Source: Eubacteriales bacterium
GTDB taxonomy: Bacteria; Bacillota; Clostridia; Oscillospirales; CAG-272
Direction of reading: 5' to 3'
DNA length: 64,000 nucleotides
Assembly (NCBI GenBank): GCA_045632065.1
Contig: JAZQWA010000075.1
Location: 3,957-67,956, forward strand
Position 1 is the stretch's first letter. Every line of letters starts with the position of its first letter. Positions 1 to 9,153 of this stretch are shown here, piece after piece. Below the pieces are notes generated by a model. That model ran no database searches and was not told the DNA's origin. It saw only the letters and a list, made by a program, of their open reading frames with translations. The position numbers and the translations under genes are program-made.

Positions 1-1
1 T

Positions 2-115
2 CTTTATTTCTATAACGAATTGATGCAAAAAATCCGCGATGCGCTCGACGAGGGCAGGTATGAAGAATTTTATCATACGTACAAAGACCTTCTGGCACAG
101 CGCCGCGAGGACTAA
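2..115 (+). CDS. tgt: C-terminal fragment of a queuine tRNA-ribosyltransferase-like protein (5' end lies outside the window)
   Basis: Frame-2 reading LYFYNELMQKIRDALDEGRYEEFYHTYKDLLAQRRED* ends at TAA 113-115. It resembles the conserved C-terminal helix of Tgt. Only 37 aa are visible. Confidence 0.5.
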   Translation, partial: LYFYNELMQKIRDALDEGRYEEFYHTYKDLLAQRRED

Positions 116-128
116 AGGAGAAAATAAT

Positions 129-1097
129 ATGGGTATCTTTAAGAAAATCGATGAATCTTATGAAAAGCTTTTATTCTCCCGTCAGGATAGAGACGGCTCT
201 ATCTTCTATTTTTCACCTGAGGATTTCCCGGGACTTGTATGCACAGAGCATTCATTTAACAACAAATACGGAAATAAGCTTGTAGGATATTTCTACAACT
301 ATGAGAAGAATCTTCGTCCGGGCAGACTTGTGATTTTTGAGCACGGAATGGGCACAGGACACAGAGCTTATATGAAGGAAATCGTTGAGCTTGCAAAGCA
401 TGGCTATATGGTTTACTCATACGACCACACAGGATGCGGTGAATCGGAGGGCGAGGGAACTCTTGGCCTTACAGGCTCTCTTTCCGACCTTGACGATTGC
501 ATAAGCGCGCTTGTAGCAGAGCCAAGCCTTCGCGGAGTAAGAATTTCGGTTGTAGGACATAGTTGGGGCGGATTCTCCACTATGAATATTCTGAAATTCC
601 ACCCCTATCTTGAAAGCGTGGTTTCAATTTCAGGCTTCCTTTCGATAAAGGATATCCATAAGACTATCATTCCCACTATTATGAAGCCTTTTGCAAAGAG
701 ATTTTATAATATTGAGAACGTTGCGAACCCTGCATATGCGCAAAGCTCGGCTATCGAGGTTTTGAAGAATACCGATAGACCCGCATTGATAATTCACTCC
801 TTTGACGATAAAACTGTTTCTGCAAAGTACAATTTAATTAAAGCAGAGTATGCTCTTGCGGACAAGAAAAACGTAACGTTTATGCTTGTTTATGGCAAGG
901 GCCACAATCCTAACTACACCAAGGAAGCGGTGAGATATAAGAATGAGTTCTTCTATGAGCTTAAAAAGCTGAAGAAGCAGAACCTTCTTTCTACCGATGA
1001 GCAGAAGGCGGAGTTTATAGCCTCTTACGACTGGGAAAAGATGACAGAGCAGGACAAGGCTGTATGGAACAAGATTTTTGAGTTCCTTGATAAATAA
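129..1097 (+). CDS. alpha/beta-fold serine hydrolase
   Basis: ORF 39..1097. The preferred ATG at 129 sits 8 nt after AAAGGAG (114-120). The nucleophile elbow GHSWGG is present, and HSFDD and GKGHN segments fit a Ser-Asp-His triad. Confidence 0.8.
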   Translation: MGIFKKIDESYEKLLFSRQDRDGSIFYFSPEDFPGLVCTEHSFNNKYGNKLVGYFYNYEKNLRPGRLVIFEHGMGTGHRAYMKEIVELAKHGYMVYSYDHTGCGESEGEGTLGLTGSLSDLDDCISALVAEPSLRGVRISVVGHSWGGFSTMNILKFHPYLESVVSISGFLSIKDIHKTIIPTIMKPFAKRFYNIENVANPAYAQSSAIEVLKNTDRPALIIHSFDDKTVSAKYNLIKAEYALADKKNVTFMLVYGKGHNPNYTKEAVRYKNEFFYELKKLKKQNLLSTDEQKAEFIASYDWEKMTEQDKAVWNKIFEFLDK

Positions 1098-1169
1098 TTT
1101 TTTCTAAGCCATAACCTTTTTGCCCGGATTTTGTCTTTTCTATATAAGCTAAAAGCAGGGAGTAAACAA

Positions 1170-2225
1170 ATGAAGCTCTTACCACTTAGCTCTCCGCGGT
1201 TAAAGCTGCTTTTTCTAACACTGATGCACTTTGCTACGGATGGTCTTTGCTCATATCTCATTTTTTCAAAGTTATATCCCCGAAATCTTGATTACGCATT
1301 GTTTGTTTTCTTGGGATATAATATATTGGCGTTTGTAACACAGTCACCTGTGGGAATGCTGATTGACAAACACAACAAGCCCAAGCTGTTTCTTGCATTC
1401 AGCATGGCGTTTATGATACTCGGATATGCCTTCGGTGATTTCTTGATTCTATCCGTCCTATTTATCGGACTTGGTAATTCGCTATTCCACGTTGCAGGCG
1501 GCAAATACGTTACCGATAAGAGCGGCAATGATATTTCGCATCTCGGTATATTTGTTTCCACAGGCGCAATCGGACTTGTGGTGGGGCAGAGATACCTTTC
1601 ACTCGTATTTTTGCCATACATATTATTTGCAGTGTTTATTCTGTGCGGTCTTTTGGTAATTGTATCAGAGGATAGCGAAACAAGGACGTATCCGGAGAAA
1701 TACGACGATTTGAAGAGAGTGGATATAGCTATTATTATCGTGCTTGCTGTCGTGTTTGTACGCTCCTTTGTGGGTAAAGCTGTTGCGCCGGGATTTACGC
1801 CTCATATTCACGAATTTCTTCTAATCGGAGTGGCAACCGCCCTTGGTAAAGCCATGGGAGGTATCGTGTCAAAGGGTGTTGGCATAAGGCTGACAACCTA
1901 CGCTTCGATGGCGGTCGCGGCGGTATGTCTTACCCTTGGCACAGGCAATATTTATATGTTTATTTTAGGCGTGTTTGCCTTCAATTTCTCGATGCCGATA
2001 ACCCTTTATTTTGCTAATATACTTATGAAAGATAAAGAAGGCTTTGCATTTGGAACGCTTGCGGCAACTCTTGCTCCGGGATATTTCCTTGCAATGCTCT
2101 TTAGCTACTCAATCGATATGCGCGCGCTTGTTGGCATAATGTGCATTTTGTCAATGCTGGCTATAATAATCATTTCGAAGAGAATAAATTATGCTGATAC
2201 TTCTTCTGCTAACGATAATTCTTGA
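1170..2225 (+). CDS. polytopic integral membrane protein (MFS-like appearance, function unknown)
   Basis: ORF 1131..2225. The ATG at 1170 is preceded by GGGAG. The protein has about 10-12 hydrophobic segments, and GMLIDKHNKPK resembles the MFS loop motif. The family was not recognised with certainty. Confidence 0.55.
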   Translation: MKLLPLSSPRLKLLFLTLMHFATDGLCSYLIFSKLYPRNLDYALFVFLGYNILAFVTQSPVGMLIDKHNKPKLFLAFSMAFMILGYAFGDFLILSVLFIGLGNSLFHVAGGKYVTDKSGNDISHLGIFVSTGAIGLVVGQRYLSLVFLPYILFAVFILCGLLVIVSEDSETRTYPEKYDDLKRVDIAIIIVLAVVFVRSFVGKAVAPGFTPHIHEFLLIGVATALGKAMGGIVSKGVGIRLTTYASMAVAAVCLTLGTGNIYMFILGVFAFNFSMPITLYFANILMKDKEGFAFGTLAATLAPGYFLAMLFSYSIDMRALVGIMCILSMLAIIIISKRINYADTSSANDNS

Positions 2226-2514
2226 GTGCCTTGCGCTTCTTGCGCTTGGTGAACGAAATCCGTTGTTTTATCTCTATTGGATAGCGGTAACAACCCTTAC
2301 CAATCTGACTTTGAATCTGATTCTCGGATTGATTGTATTTGAGCATTTTCTTGTTTATTGGATTGTTGTAATTTTATTTGAGATAGCTGTGTTTGCCTCG
2401 GAATTTTATCTTTGCTATGTATATACAAACGATAGGGCAAAGAGCATAAAATACAGCGCAGTTTGTAACGCTACAAGCTTAATTATCGGACTTTTAATTC
2501 AAATGATATTTTAA
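2191..2514 (+). CDS. small hydrophobic membrane protein (107 aa)
   Basis: ORF track entry that overlaps the end of the upstream gene by 35 nt. It has three or four predicted TM segments. The RBS is weak. Confidence 0.45.
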   Translation: MLILLLLTIILECLALLALGERNPLFYLYWIAVTTLTNLTLNLILGLIVFEHFLVYWIVVILFEIAVFASEFYLCYVYTNDRAKSIKYSAVCNATSLIIGLLIQMIF

Positions 2515-2533
2515 AATAAAGGAGAAATTTGTT

Positions 2534-2692
2534 ATGTTCTTACTCGATTTGGTTCCCGAAAGACCTGTAACTCCCGCCCCCGAAAACACAATTATGGATA
2601 TGCTTTCTCAGCCCCAGACGGTTGTTGCCATAGTTGCAATCGCACTTGCTGTGATAGCCATTTGCGTTACTATTGTAATAAAGAAAAAATAA
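2534..2692 (+). CDS. 52-aa single-TM micropeptide (MFLLD... paralogue 1)
   Basis: Absent from the ORF track (under 60 aa). AAAGGAG lies 8 nt upstream of ATG 2534. Translation: MFLLDLVPERPVTPAPENTIMDMLSQPQTVVAIVAIALAVIAICVTIVIKKK*. Confidence 0.55.
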   Translation: MFLLDLVPERPVTPAPENTIMDMLSQPQTVVAIVAIALAVIAICVTIVIKKK

Positions 2693-2710
2693 TGATTATT
2701 GGAGGAATAT

Positions 2711-2836
2711 ATGTTTTTACTTGATGTTCCGTCTCTTATACCTATGCTCTTCACAGGAGCAACGATTTTTGCGGTTGCTGGAATTTCAATAGCCATTATC
2801 GTTTTGCTTCTTATGCTTGTTTTTAAACGTAGATAA
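2711..2836 (+). CDS. 41-aa single-TM micropeptide (MFLLD... paralogue 2)
   Basis: Absent from the ORF track. GGAGG lies 5 nt upstream of ATG 2711. Translation: MFLLDVPSLIPMLFTGATIFAVAGISIAIIVLLLMLVFKRR*. It shares the MFLLD start, one TM segment and a basic tail with the upstream peptide. Confidence 0.55.
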   Translation: MFLLDVPSLIPMLFTGATIFAVAGISIAIIVLLLMLVFKRR

Positions 2837-2851
2837 TTTAGTACATAAAAA

Positions 2852-2901
2852 GAAAACCGTTAGTGATGTGCCTTTTATGACACAACGCTAACGGTTTTTT
2901 T
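2852..2901. terminator. bidirectional rho-independent terminator
   Basis: AAACCGTTAG...CTAACGGTTT stem followed by a T-run. The reverse complement is also followed by T-rich sequence. It lies between convergent genes. Confidence 0.7.
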
Positions 2902-3298
2902 ATAGTTCAACCTTATGCCCGGAGCAATGTCCGTCAAACATACCGGTCATATCGCAAAACAATTTGCCGTCTGTTTCCTTAAAACCGATTGCCCGAATAA
3001 GTCTTTCCTCGGCGGCATTTTTATCGGCATAGCAGGTATGGACTCCGCATAAGTCGATAAAATTCATAGTCTGTCTGCCCAGAATGAACATCGCCTCAAA
3101 GTCATCGGTGTTCAGGGCAGGTCGCAAATCGTATATGTATCCCTGCTCACCGATTTCAAACTGAGCAATTCCCATGATTTTCTCGGTATCAATGTCGAAC
3201 ATCTGGTATGCAAATGCTTCAGGCTTGAATTCGACGCAGCAGGCAAGGCAAACCTCGTTCTGCCTCGCTTTATCTTGTATAGGTGTAATTTTAAACAT
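2900..3298 (-). CDS. hypothetical cytoplasmic protein (132 aa)
   Basis: ORF track entry. Its start overlaps the rluB stop by one base (TAATG). No motif was recognised. Confidence 0.55.
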   Translation of the reverse strand: MFKITPIQDKARQNEVCLACCVEFKPEAFAYQMFDIDTEKIMGIAQFEIGEQGYIYDLRPALNTDDFEAMFILGRQTMNFIDLCGVHTCYADKNAAEERLIRAIGFKETDGKLFCDMTGMFDGHCSGHKVEL

Positions 3299-4029
3299 TA
3301 TTTTTGTTCCTTTGTAGCCTTGTAAAGATAGTCAACCTCGCTCTGCTCAAGGTATCTCCATTTGCCCACAGGAAGACCGTCGAGCTTGAGATTTCCAATT
3401 GAAACTCTGGAGAGCCGCTTTACAGTAAGATCGGCTTGCTCGCACATCTTTCTTATCTGTCTGTTACGTCCCTCGAAGAGCGTCATTTTTAAAACCGTGC
3501 CGCTTTCGTCCTCGCCTGTAACAACAACGTCAACAGGCTTGATTTTATATCCGTCTATTTCAAGCGGGGAAGTGAGAATGTCGTACTGCTCCTGACTTAC
3601 GCTTCCGCCAACCTTTACTCTGTATATCTTGGGAATAGTGTGGCTGGGGTGAGTCAGTCTGTTTTTTAGCTCTCCGTCATCTGTAAGAAGAATCATACCC
3701 TCGGAAATCATATCAAGTCTGCCGACGGGATAAACTCTTTTCTCAACTCCATCAAGCAGGTCGGTAACACACTTTCTGCCTCTGTCATCGGTTGTTGAAG
3801 AAAGATATCCTCGAGGCTTGTTGAGCATAATATATGTATATTCTCTTTTTTCGTATCTTACGCGCTTTCCTTTATATGCAACAACGTCAACCCTTGGGTC
3901 AATCTTTGTTCCAATCTGGGCAACGTGTCCATTTACGGATACGTTGCCTCTTTCAATTTCATCCTCTGCGGCTCTGCGTGACATAAGTCCTGCATCCGCC
4001 AAAAATTTTTGAAGTCTTATCTTTTCCAT
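3298..4029 (-). CDS. rluB: pseudouridine synthase, RsuA/RluB family
   Basis: N-terminal S4 domain (RLQKFLADAGLMSRRAAEDEI..G.V.VNG) and catalytic GRLD motif (YPVGRLDMISEGMILLTDDGE). Confidence 0.9.
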   Translation of the reverse strand: MEKIRLQKFLADAGLMSRRAAEDEIERGNVSVNGHVAQIGTKIDPRVDVVAYKGKRVRYEKREYTYIMLNKPRGYLSSTTDDRGRKCVTDLLDGVEKRVYPVGRLDMISEGMILLTDDGELKNRLTHPSHTIPKIYRVKVGGSVSQEQYDILTSPLEIDGYKIKPVDVVVTGEDESGTVLKMTLFEGRNRQIRKMCEQADLTVKRLSRVSIGNLKLDGLPVGKWRYLEQSEVDYLYKATKEQK

Positions 4030-4032
4030 TTT

Positions 4033-5172
4033 TTACTCCGTCTTATTAAATAGTGATAGAATTTTATCCCAGAATGTTTTTACTTGTCCGACCGATTCTG
4101 CGGCTATAAGATTAACCTTACCAATCGGTGAGCCGTCAAGTGTATATATAACTTCACCGAGAATTTCGCCCTTTTTTATAGGAGCGACGACGTATCTCGA
4201 TAATTTAATGTGCTGTTTAATTTCCTTGTCGTCGTTGTCTAAAATTGCGGTTAGTCTATTCTCATTTTTAACCGTAATTTTATCACTTTTGCCGTTTATT
4301 ACAGGCAATTCGTAGTGTATCTCGTTAATATCTGCAAGAGTCACCGATTTCTTTTTCTCAAATCCAAAATCAAGCATTGCAGAATGGTCCTTCCAGTCGG
4401 ATGGGGCATCAAGAGTAACCGTTATAAACGTTAATCCTTCCTTTTCAGCAGCGCCAACAAGGCATCTGCCGCTTTTTTTGGTAAACCCTGTCTTTACACC
4501 AATGCATCCGTCATAAAGCCTCAGCAGCTTGTTATGGTTTACGTAGGTTCTCGTTCTTTCCTCTGATGTGAAGGTCTTTTTATAAGTAGAAACGATTTTT
4601 TTAAACGTATCGTTTTTTAGTGCATTTGCGGAAATGATTGCAAGCTCTCTTGCGGTGGTGTAATGATTCTTATCATCAAGTCCATGCGGATTGGTAAAAT
4701 GCGTGTTACATAATCCAAGCTCACAGGCCTTATTATTCATAAGGTGAGCAAACTCCTCAACACTTCCGCCAATATGGCAGGCAATAGCCGTTGCTGCATC
4801 GTTTGCGCTTTGCAGCAGGAGAGCATAGAGCAGCTCTTCCATAGTTAGAACATCTCCATGGCGCAAATATGCCGACGATCCCTCAATGCCTATCGCCGAG
4901 TCATCGATAGCAACCTCATCGGTAAGGCTGCTGTTTTCAAGCGCCACAAGAGCAGTCATAATCTTCGTTGTGCTTGCCATCGGTAACGGCAAATCCGCAT
5001 TTTTGCAGTAAAGGAAATCCTCTGTATCTGGAAGATAAAGCACGGCAGAGCGTGCGCTGATGTTTATTCCTTTTTCTTTTGATTGTCCGAATGCATATAT
5101 TGTAAGTAATGAGAACATCAAGCTTACTAGTATAAGGCAGAGGACGTAAAAATTTATATTATTTCTTTTCAT
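4033..5172 (-). CDS. dacB: D-alanyl-D-alanine carboxypeptidase (S11 penicillin-binding protein)
   Basis: N-terminal signal/TM segment, SxxK (ASTTK), SxN (SAND) and KTG (VKTGFT) motifs. Its position next to scpAB and rluB matches Bacillus dacB. Confidence 0.85.
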   Translation of the reverse strand: MKRNNINFYVLCLILVSLMFSLLTIYAFGQSKEKGINISARSAVLYLPDTEDFLYCKNADLPLPMASTTKIMTALVALENSSLTDEVAIDDSAIGIEGSSAYLRHGDVLTMEELLYALLLQSANDAATAIACHIGGSVEEFAHLMNNKACELGLCNTHFTNPHGLDDKNHYTTARELAIISANALKNDTFKKIVSTYKKTFTSEERTRTYVNHNKLLRLYDGCIGVKTGFTKKSGRCLVGAAEKEGLTFITVTLDAPSDWKDHSAMLDFGFEKKKSVTLADINEIHYELPVINGKSDKITVKNENRLTAILDNDDKEIKQHIKLSRYVVAPIKKGEILGEVIYTLDGSPIGKVNLIAAESVGQVKTFWDKILSLFNKTE

Positions 5173-5231
5173 CGCTTTATTTCCGTTTTTTTCTTATTAT
5201 CTCACGAAAAAAGTGGAGTATGCTATGAAAA

Positions 5232-5609
5232 TTATGACAGCGCGGTTTTGATTTTTTCTATTATTTCGGGCGAACGCTCGATTAGAGAGGATATTCTGTC
5301 AACGTCGGACGAGCCTCCGTTAATATGAATCAGATTTATTTCCGCATCGCGACCTACAGTTAAAAATGCGATAGGCGTAATAGACAAGCCTGTTCCGCCT
5401 CCGCCACCGAAATTTTGCGATGGGGCAGGCTTTTTTGCTCCATAATCCACGCCGCCTGTTGCTATACCCATAGATACCTTGGAAACAGGTATAACGGTAA
5501 CTCCGCTTGGAGTGGTAATTGCATTACCGATAACCGTTTCCATATCGGTAAAGCTTTTTATGCCGTCCATAGACGCCTTAATAATATCACTCATTTTATT
5601 ATCTGACAT
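5232..5609 (-). CDS. ytfJ: sporulation protein YtfJ / GerW family
   Basis: The 125-aa protein has VIPVSKVSMG...GGGGGTGLSITPIAFL, typical of YtfJ. It overlaps the upstream DUF2953-like gene. Confidence 0.8.
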   Translation of the reverse strand: MSDNKMSDIIKASMDGIKSFTDMETVIGNAITTPSGVTVIPVSKVSMGIATGGVDYGAKKPAPSQNFGGGGGTGLSITPIAFLTVGRDAEINLIHINGGSSDVDRISSLIERSPEIIEKIKTALS

Positions 5610-6138
5610 TTGCTAATCCTTTTTTTAATTTATCCTTCACTACGCCAAATAAAATGGCGAGGGTTGCATTGATAAGCTGGTAAAGTCTTAGCTTTACGGT
5701 AAAATTAAATTGTAGGGCACTGCTGTCTGATGATAAAATGATTTGATCGTCGTATACGGTAAGTTTTTCCGCTTTTGCCTCAAGATATGCGCATAAAGCG
5801 AAAAAAGCGCTGCCGTATCTTATGGGACGTGTAAATGTGGTATTAGATATTTCACCGTGTTTTTTGGGAAATTCTATGTGTTTTATAATTATTTCGCTTT
5901 TGGTTATCAGATTGCTTAGTGGCTTCGCTATCGACTTGTAGCGAGTAGTAAACCACTTTTTTTCTTTTTTTCTTTTGGATGTTTTTGTATTTTTGCTTTT
6001 AGTAAGGTGAATGGCTATAATGGGTAAATGCAATTCCAGTCTGAATTCGTCATCCTTTACAACGTTAATCCACACAATGCGGCTTACAATAAAAAGGAAA
6101 AGCACGAAAACAAACATGAAAATAAAAATACCTGCCAT
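5599..6138 (-). CDS. YtfI-like (DUF2953-type) membrane-anchored sporulation-associated protein
   Basis: N-terminal TM segment and a basic KRKKEKK patch. It is translationally coupled to ytfJ, as in the Bacillus ytfI-ytfJ pair. The family assignment rests on context. Confidence 0.5.
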   Translation of the reverse strand: MAGIFIFMFVFVLFLFIVSRIVWINVVKDDEFRLELHLPIIAIHLTKSKNTKTSKRKKEKKWFTTRYKSIAKPLSNLITKSEIIIKHIEFPKKHGEISNTTFTRPIRYGSAFFALCAYLEAKAEKLTVYDDQIILSSDSSALQFNFTVKLRLYQLINATLAILFGVVKDKLKKGLANVR

Positions 6139-6146
6139 AATTCTCC

Positions 6147-6911
6147 TTAGTTATCGAAAATTACGTCGTCCTCTGCGGAAGGCTCGTCAGAATAAGCCTC
6201 TTCGGTCACAATTCCGTCTTCAAGCAGCGGCGCATCAGCGACTTCCGTATCTGATTGCTCCTCGAAGATTCTGATTTGCTCGAGCTCCTCGGACTTCTGC
6301 TGACCTACGTTATCAATTCGCTTGAACATTTCCTGAATTTCCTCGGCGGTGGTGGGAAGAGCCTCTATGCTGGAGAGTCCGAATGCACGCAGGAAATCAG
6401 CGGTAGTGCCGTAAAGCATAGGTCGTCCGGGCGCATCAAGACGTCCCTTGGACTCAATAAGTCCTCTGTCGATAAGATTATTCATAGCGTAAGAGGAGTC
6501 AACTCGTCTCAGAGTATCAACGAAAACTCTGGTTACAGGCTGGTTGTATGCAACGATAGCAAGAGCCTCCATAGACGAGGTGGACAGCGAACCGCTTTTC
6601 TTGATGCCGAGAGCCTCTCTGATTTCGTTAAGATAATACTTCTTGGTGCAAAGCTGGCAGGAGTCGGCGTATGTAAGAAGAATAACTCCCCTCGGAATGT
6701 CAGAGTTGTTGTAAAGTGTAGAATACTCAACAACCTGTTCCTTTACCTTTGCGGGTGTAGACTGAAAAACGTTTGCAAGGGTAGAGTAGGATATAGGATG
6801 TCCTGCGGCGAAAAGGATAGCCTCAAGCGCTTCCTCAAAAACAACGCTTCGCTCAGGTATCTCGTTGTTAAGCTCAATACTGTCGTTCTGATTTTCAATA
6901 ATATCACTCAT
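6147..6911 (-). CDS. scpB: segregation and condensation protein B
   Basis: ORF 6147..6962. The start MSDIIENQ at 6911 overlaps the scpA stop. The EAILFAAGHPISYSTLA and LAIVAYNQPVTR winged-helix segments are typical of ScpB. Confidence 0.9.
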   Translation of the reverse strand: MSDIIENQNDSIELNNEIPERSVVFEEALEAILFAAGHPISYSTLANVFQSTPAKVKEQVVEYSTLYNNSDIPRGVILLTYADSCQLCTKKYYLNEIREALGIKKSGSLSTSSMEALAIVAYNQPVTRVFVDTLRRVDSSYAMNNLIDRGLIESKGRLDAPGRPMLYGTTADFLRAFGLSSIEALPTTAEEIQEMFKRIDNVGQQKSEELEQIRIFEEQSDTEVADAPLLEDGIVTEEAYSDEPSAEDDVIFDN

Positions 6912-7746
6912 TGTCTGTTTTTTCCTTTTCATCGTCATTTTCAGCCGAGGGCAGGGAGTCAAACTCGCTCTCGGTTGCCTCTCCCGGAACGTAATCGGGA
7001 TTAAGCTTAAACATCATATCTAGTCCTCGCTCCTCGTACTCAATAACGTCATCAATGACCTTGACAGTCGTTATGATAACGCGACGAAGCTTTATAAGCT
7101 CAAGTATGCCCATAAATCTTGCAACTAATTCGGAACGCGAGTCGGAGTTTTTAAGTAAAAAGAAGAGCGAAGCCTCATTTTGCTCCTCAAGCATAAGGCA
7201 CATTTCTTCGATTTTTTCTTCAACAGAAACAACTTTGTGCTTAATGAGAGGATTAACAAGCTCGTTAGGAGTCCTTGCGGCATCAGCAACCTTCATTCTT
7301 TTTAGTACCGAGTCGAGAGCCTTCAGGAGGAGTCCTGAATCAAGGTTAAGAGGAAGTCCCTTCTCGGGTGGCACGTCATCAGTGCCCTTTGCAAATCTCC
7401 CCGAGTACTCCTCATATCTCGGGCGGAGCTCCTTTGCGGCAAGCTTTGCCTGTTGATAAAGCATAAGTGCGTCTGCAATTTCACGTCTCGGGTCATTTTC
7501 GGTGCCCTCTTCGTGAGGAAGTAGCATACGACTCTTGATAAGCATAAGCTCGCTTGCCATAACGATAAATTCGCTGGCAATATCGGGGTCCATCTTCTGC
7601 GCCTGCTCAATATACTCAACGTATTGATCGCATATTAGCGATATTGGAATATCCGTAATGCTGACCTTGTTTTTGCCGATAAGGGTCAAAAGAAGATCCA
7701 GAGGCCCTTCAAACTGGTCAAGGCGGTATGTTAATTGTTCAATCAT
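6904..7746 (-). CDS. scpA: segregation and condensation protein A
   Basis: The N-terminus L..FEGPLDLLLTLI is the ScpA hallmark. The gene sits upstream of scpB. Confidence 0.9.
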   Translation of the reverse strand: MIEQLTYRLDQFEGPLDLLLTLIGKNKVSITDIPISLICDQYVEYIEQAQKMDPDIASEFIVMASELMLIKSRMLLPHEEGTENDPRREIADALMLYQQAKLAAKELRPRYEEYSGRFAKGTDDVPPEKGLPLNLDSGLLLKALDSVLKRMKVADAARTPNELVNPLIKHKVVSVEEKIEEMCLMLEEQNEASLFFLLKNSDSRSELVARFMGILELIKLRRVIITTVKVIDDVIEYEERGLDMMFKLNPDYVPGEATESEFDSLPSAENDDEKEKTDNE

Positions 7747-7772
7747 TATAAAATCCTTTCAAATAAAAGGCG

Positions 7773-8516
7773 TTAATATCTTAAAAAGGGGATAAGCTGC
7801 CAGAAATCAAACATAAGTCCCGAAACAGCAGAAATAATGCTTCCTATAATTCCGGAAAGAGATAATATTCCTGCAAACCAATAAAGCACAGGGCTTGAAG
7901 CAATCATAGGCAGACTCCTTACTGCATAAGCAACGTAGTCACCTACGAGAAGCCATGCAAGCACTACCATATAAATTTGTCTTTCATAGCGCATAACCTT
8001 AAAATACAAATTCTGGGGGAGAATCACGTTAAGAAGCCTTGATCCGTCAAAGGGCGGAATCGGAAGCAGATTAAATAAGCCAAGACCCACGTTTACCGAA
8101 TGAAAAACAAACAAAAATATAAGCGTATTGTTTATTATGTGGTAAAGAACAGTCTTCGATGTAAAGGTCATATCTCTTACCAATGCAAAAACGAGAAGAT
8201 AAACAAAGGCAGAAATGAAACCTAATATCAAATTCGATAAGGGACCCGCTGCTGCGGATATTGCAAAATCTCTTTTGGGATTTTTGAAGTTTCTCGGGTT
8301 GATTGGAACGGGCTTTGCCCATCCAAAGTGGAAAAATACCATGCAAAGAGTGCCGATAGGGTCGAGATGCTTCAGCGGATTGAGCGAAAGTCTGCCAAAA
8401 TTCCTTGCAGTATCATCACCCAGCTTGTATGCGGCATATCCATGACAGTACTCATGTACAGTCAGGGCAATCAGCGCCGCAATAGCCGACAATAGATAAT
8501 AAAATATGTTGTTCAT
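7773..8516 (-). CDS. site-2 protease family (peptidase M50) membrane metalloprotease
   Basis: HEYCHG (HExxH) lies in the first TM region and the protein is polytopic. Confidence 0.8.
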   Translation of the reverse strand: MNNIFYYLLSAIAALIALTVHEYCHGYAAYKLGDDTARNFGRLSLNPLKHLDPIGTLCMVFFHFGWAKPVPINPRNFKNPKRDFAISAAAGPLSNLILGFISAFVYLLVFALVRDMTFTSKTVLYHIINNTLIFLFVFHSVNVGLGLFNLLPIPPFDGSRLLNVILPQNLYFKVMRYERQIYMVVLAWLLVGDYVAYAVRSLPMIASSPVLYWFAGILSLSGIIGSIISAVSGLMFDFWQLIPFLRY

Positions 8517-8534
8517 AGAAAATCCTTTCGTATT

Positions 8535-9134
8535 TTACGAAATTGCGTCGGATATTCTTCTCCAAACCTCATCCTTGCCGTCGCGAGTAACCGACGAGAA
8601 GGGAATAATCTCTATTCCCGTGCCGTCAAAATATTCCTTATGTAATTCATCAAGCGTATTTTGCAATGCTGTCTTTGAGAGCTTATCTGTCTTTGTTGCA
8701 ACGACAATAAATGGAATTTCTCGATCAAGCATCATATTGATCATCATAATATCGTCGTCTGTAGGGCCTGTACGTATGTCGATAAGCTGAATTACGAGCT
8801 TCAGGGCATCAGCCGAGGGGTTTTTAAGGAAATAATCCTCGGTAAGCGAGCTCCAGGAGCGCTTTGAATCCATAGAACGCTTTGCGTATCCGTATCCGGG
8901 AAGGTCAACGAGATAAAGCTTTTTGTCAACGTTGTAGAAATTGATTGTAATCGTTTTTCCGGGCGCGGAGGAAACTCTTGCAAGCGACTTTCTGTTAAGA
9001 AGGGTGTTAATAAGCGAGCTTTTACCTACGTTAGATCTGCCTGAGAGCGCAATCTGCGGTCTCGGGTCACGAGGAAACTGCTTTTGCGCACCAGCCGTTA
9101 AGGCTATGTCGCAATTATTGACGTTTATTTTCAT
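8535..9134 (-). CDS. engB: ribosome-biogenesis GTPase YsxC/EngB
   Basis: G1 GRSNVGKSS, G3 DLPGYG and G4 TKTDK motifs. The ORF track extends to 9305 but overlaps lon. ATG 9134 (MKINVNN) aligns best with YsxC N-termini, and ATG 9146 is an alternative. Confidence 0.9.
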   Translation of the reverse strand: MKINVNNCDIALTAGAQKQFPRDPRPQIALSGRSNVGKSSLINTLLNRKSLARVSSAPGKTITINFYNVDKKLYLVDLPGYGYAKRSMDSKRSWSSLTEDYFLKNPSADALKLVIQLIDIRTGPTDDDIMMINMMLDREIPFIVVATKTDKLSKTALQNTLDELHKEYFDGTGIEIIPFSSVTRDGKDEVWRRISDAIS

Positions 9135-9153
9135 AATTATTTTCATCCTAAAG

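Noticed and set aside
6255-7004. A 249-aa plus-strand ORF opposite scpB. Similar antisense ORFs occur opposite truA (15682..16161), the second ABC gene (23370..23945), pepO (37974..38534, 38805..39419), rpsF (42265..42765), pfp (46876..47367) and nadK (62738..63265).
   Set aside because: Each overlaps a confidently identified gene on the other strand and has no recognisable domain or RBS.
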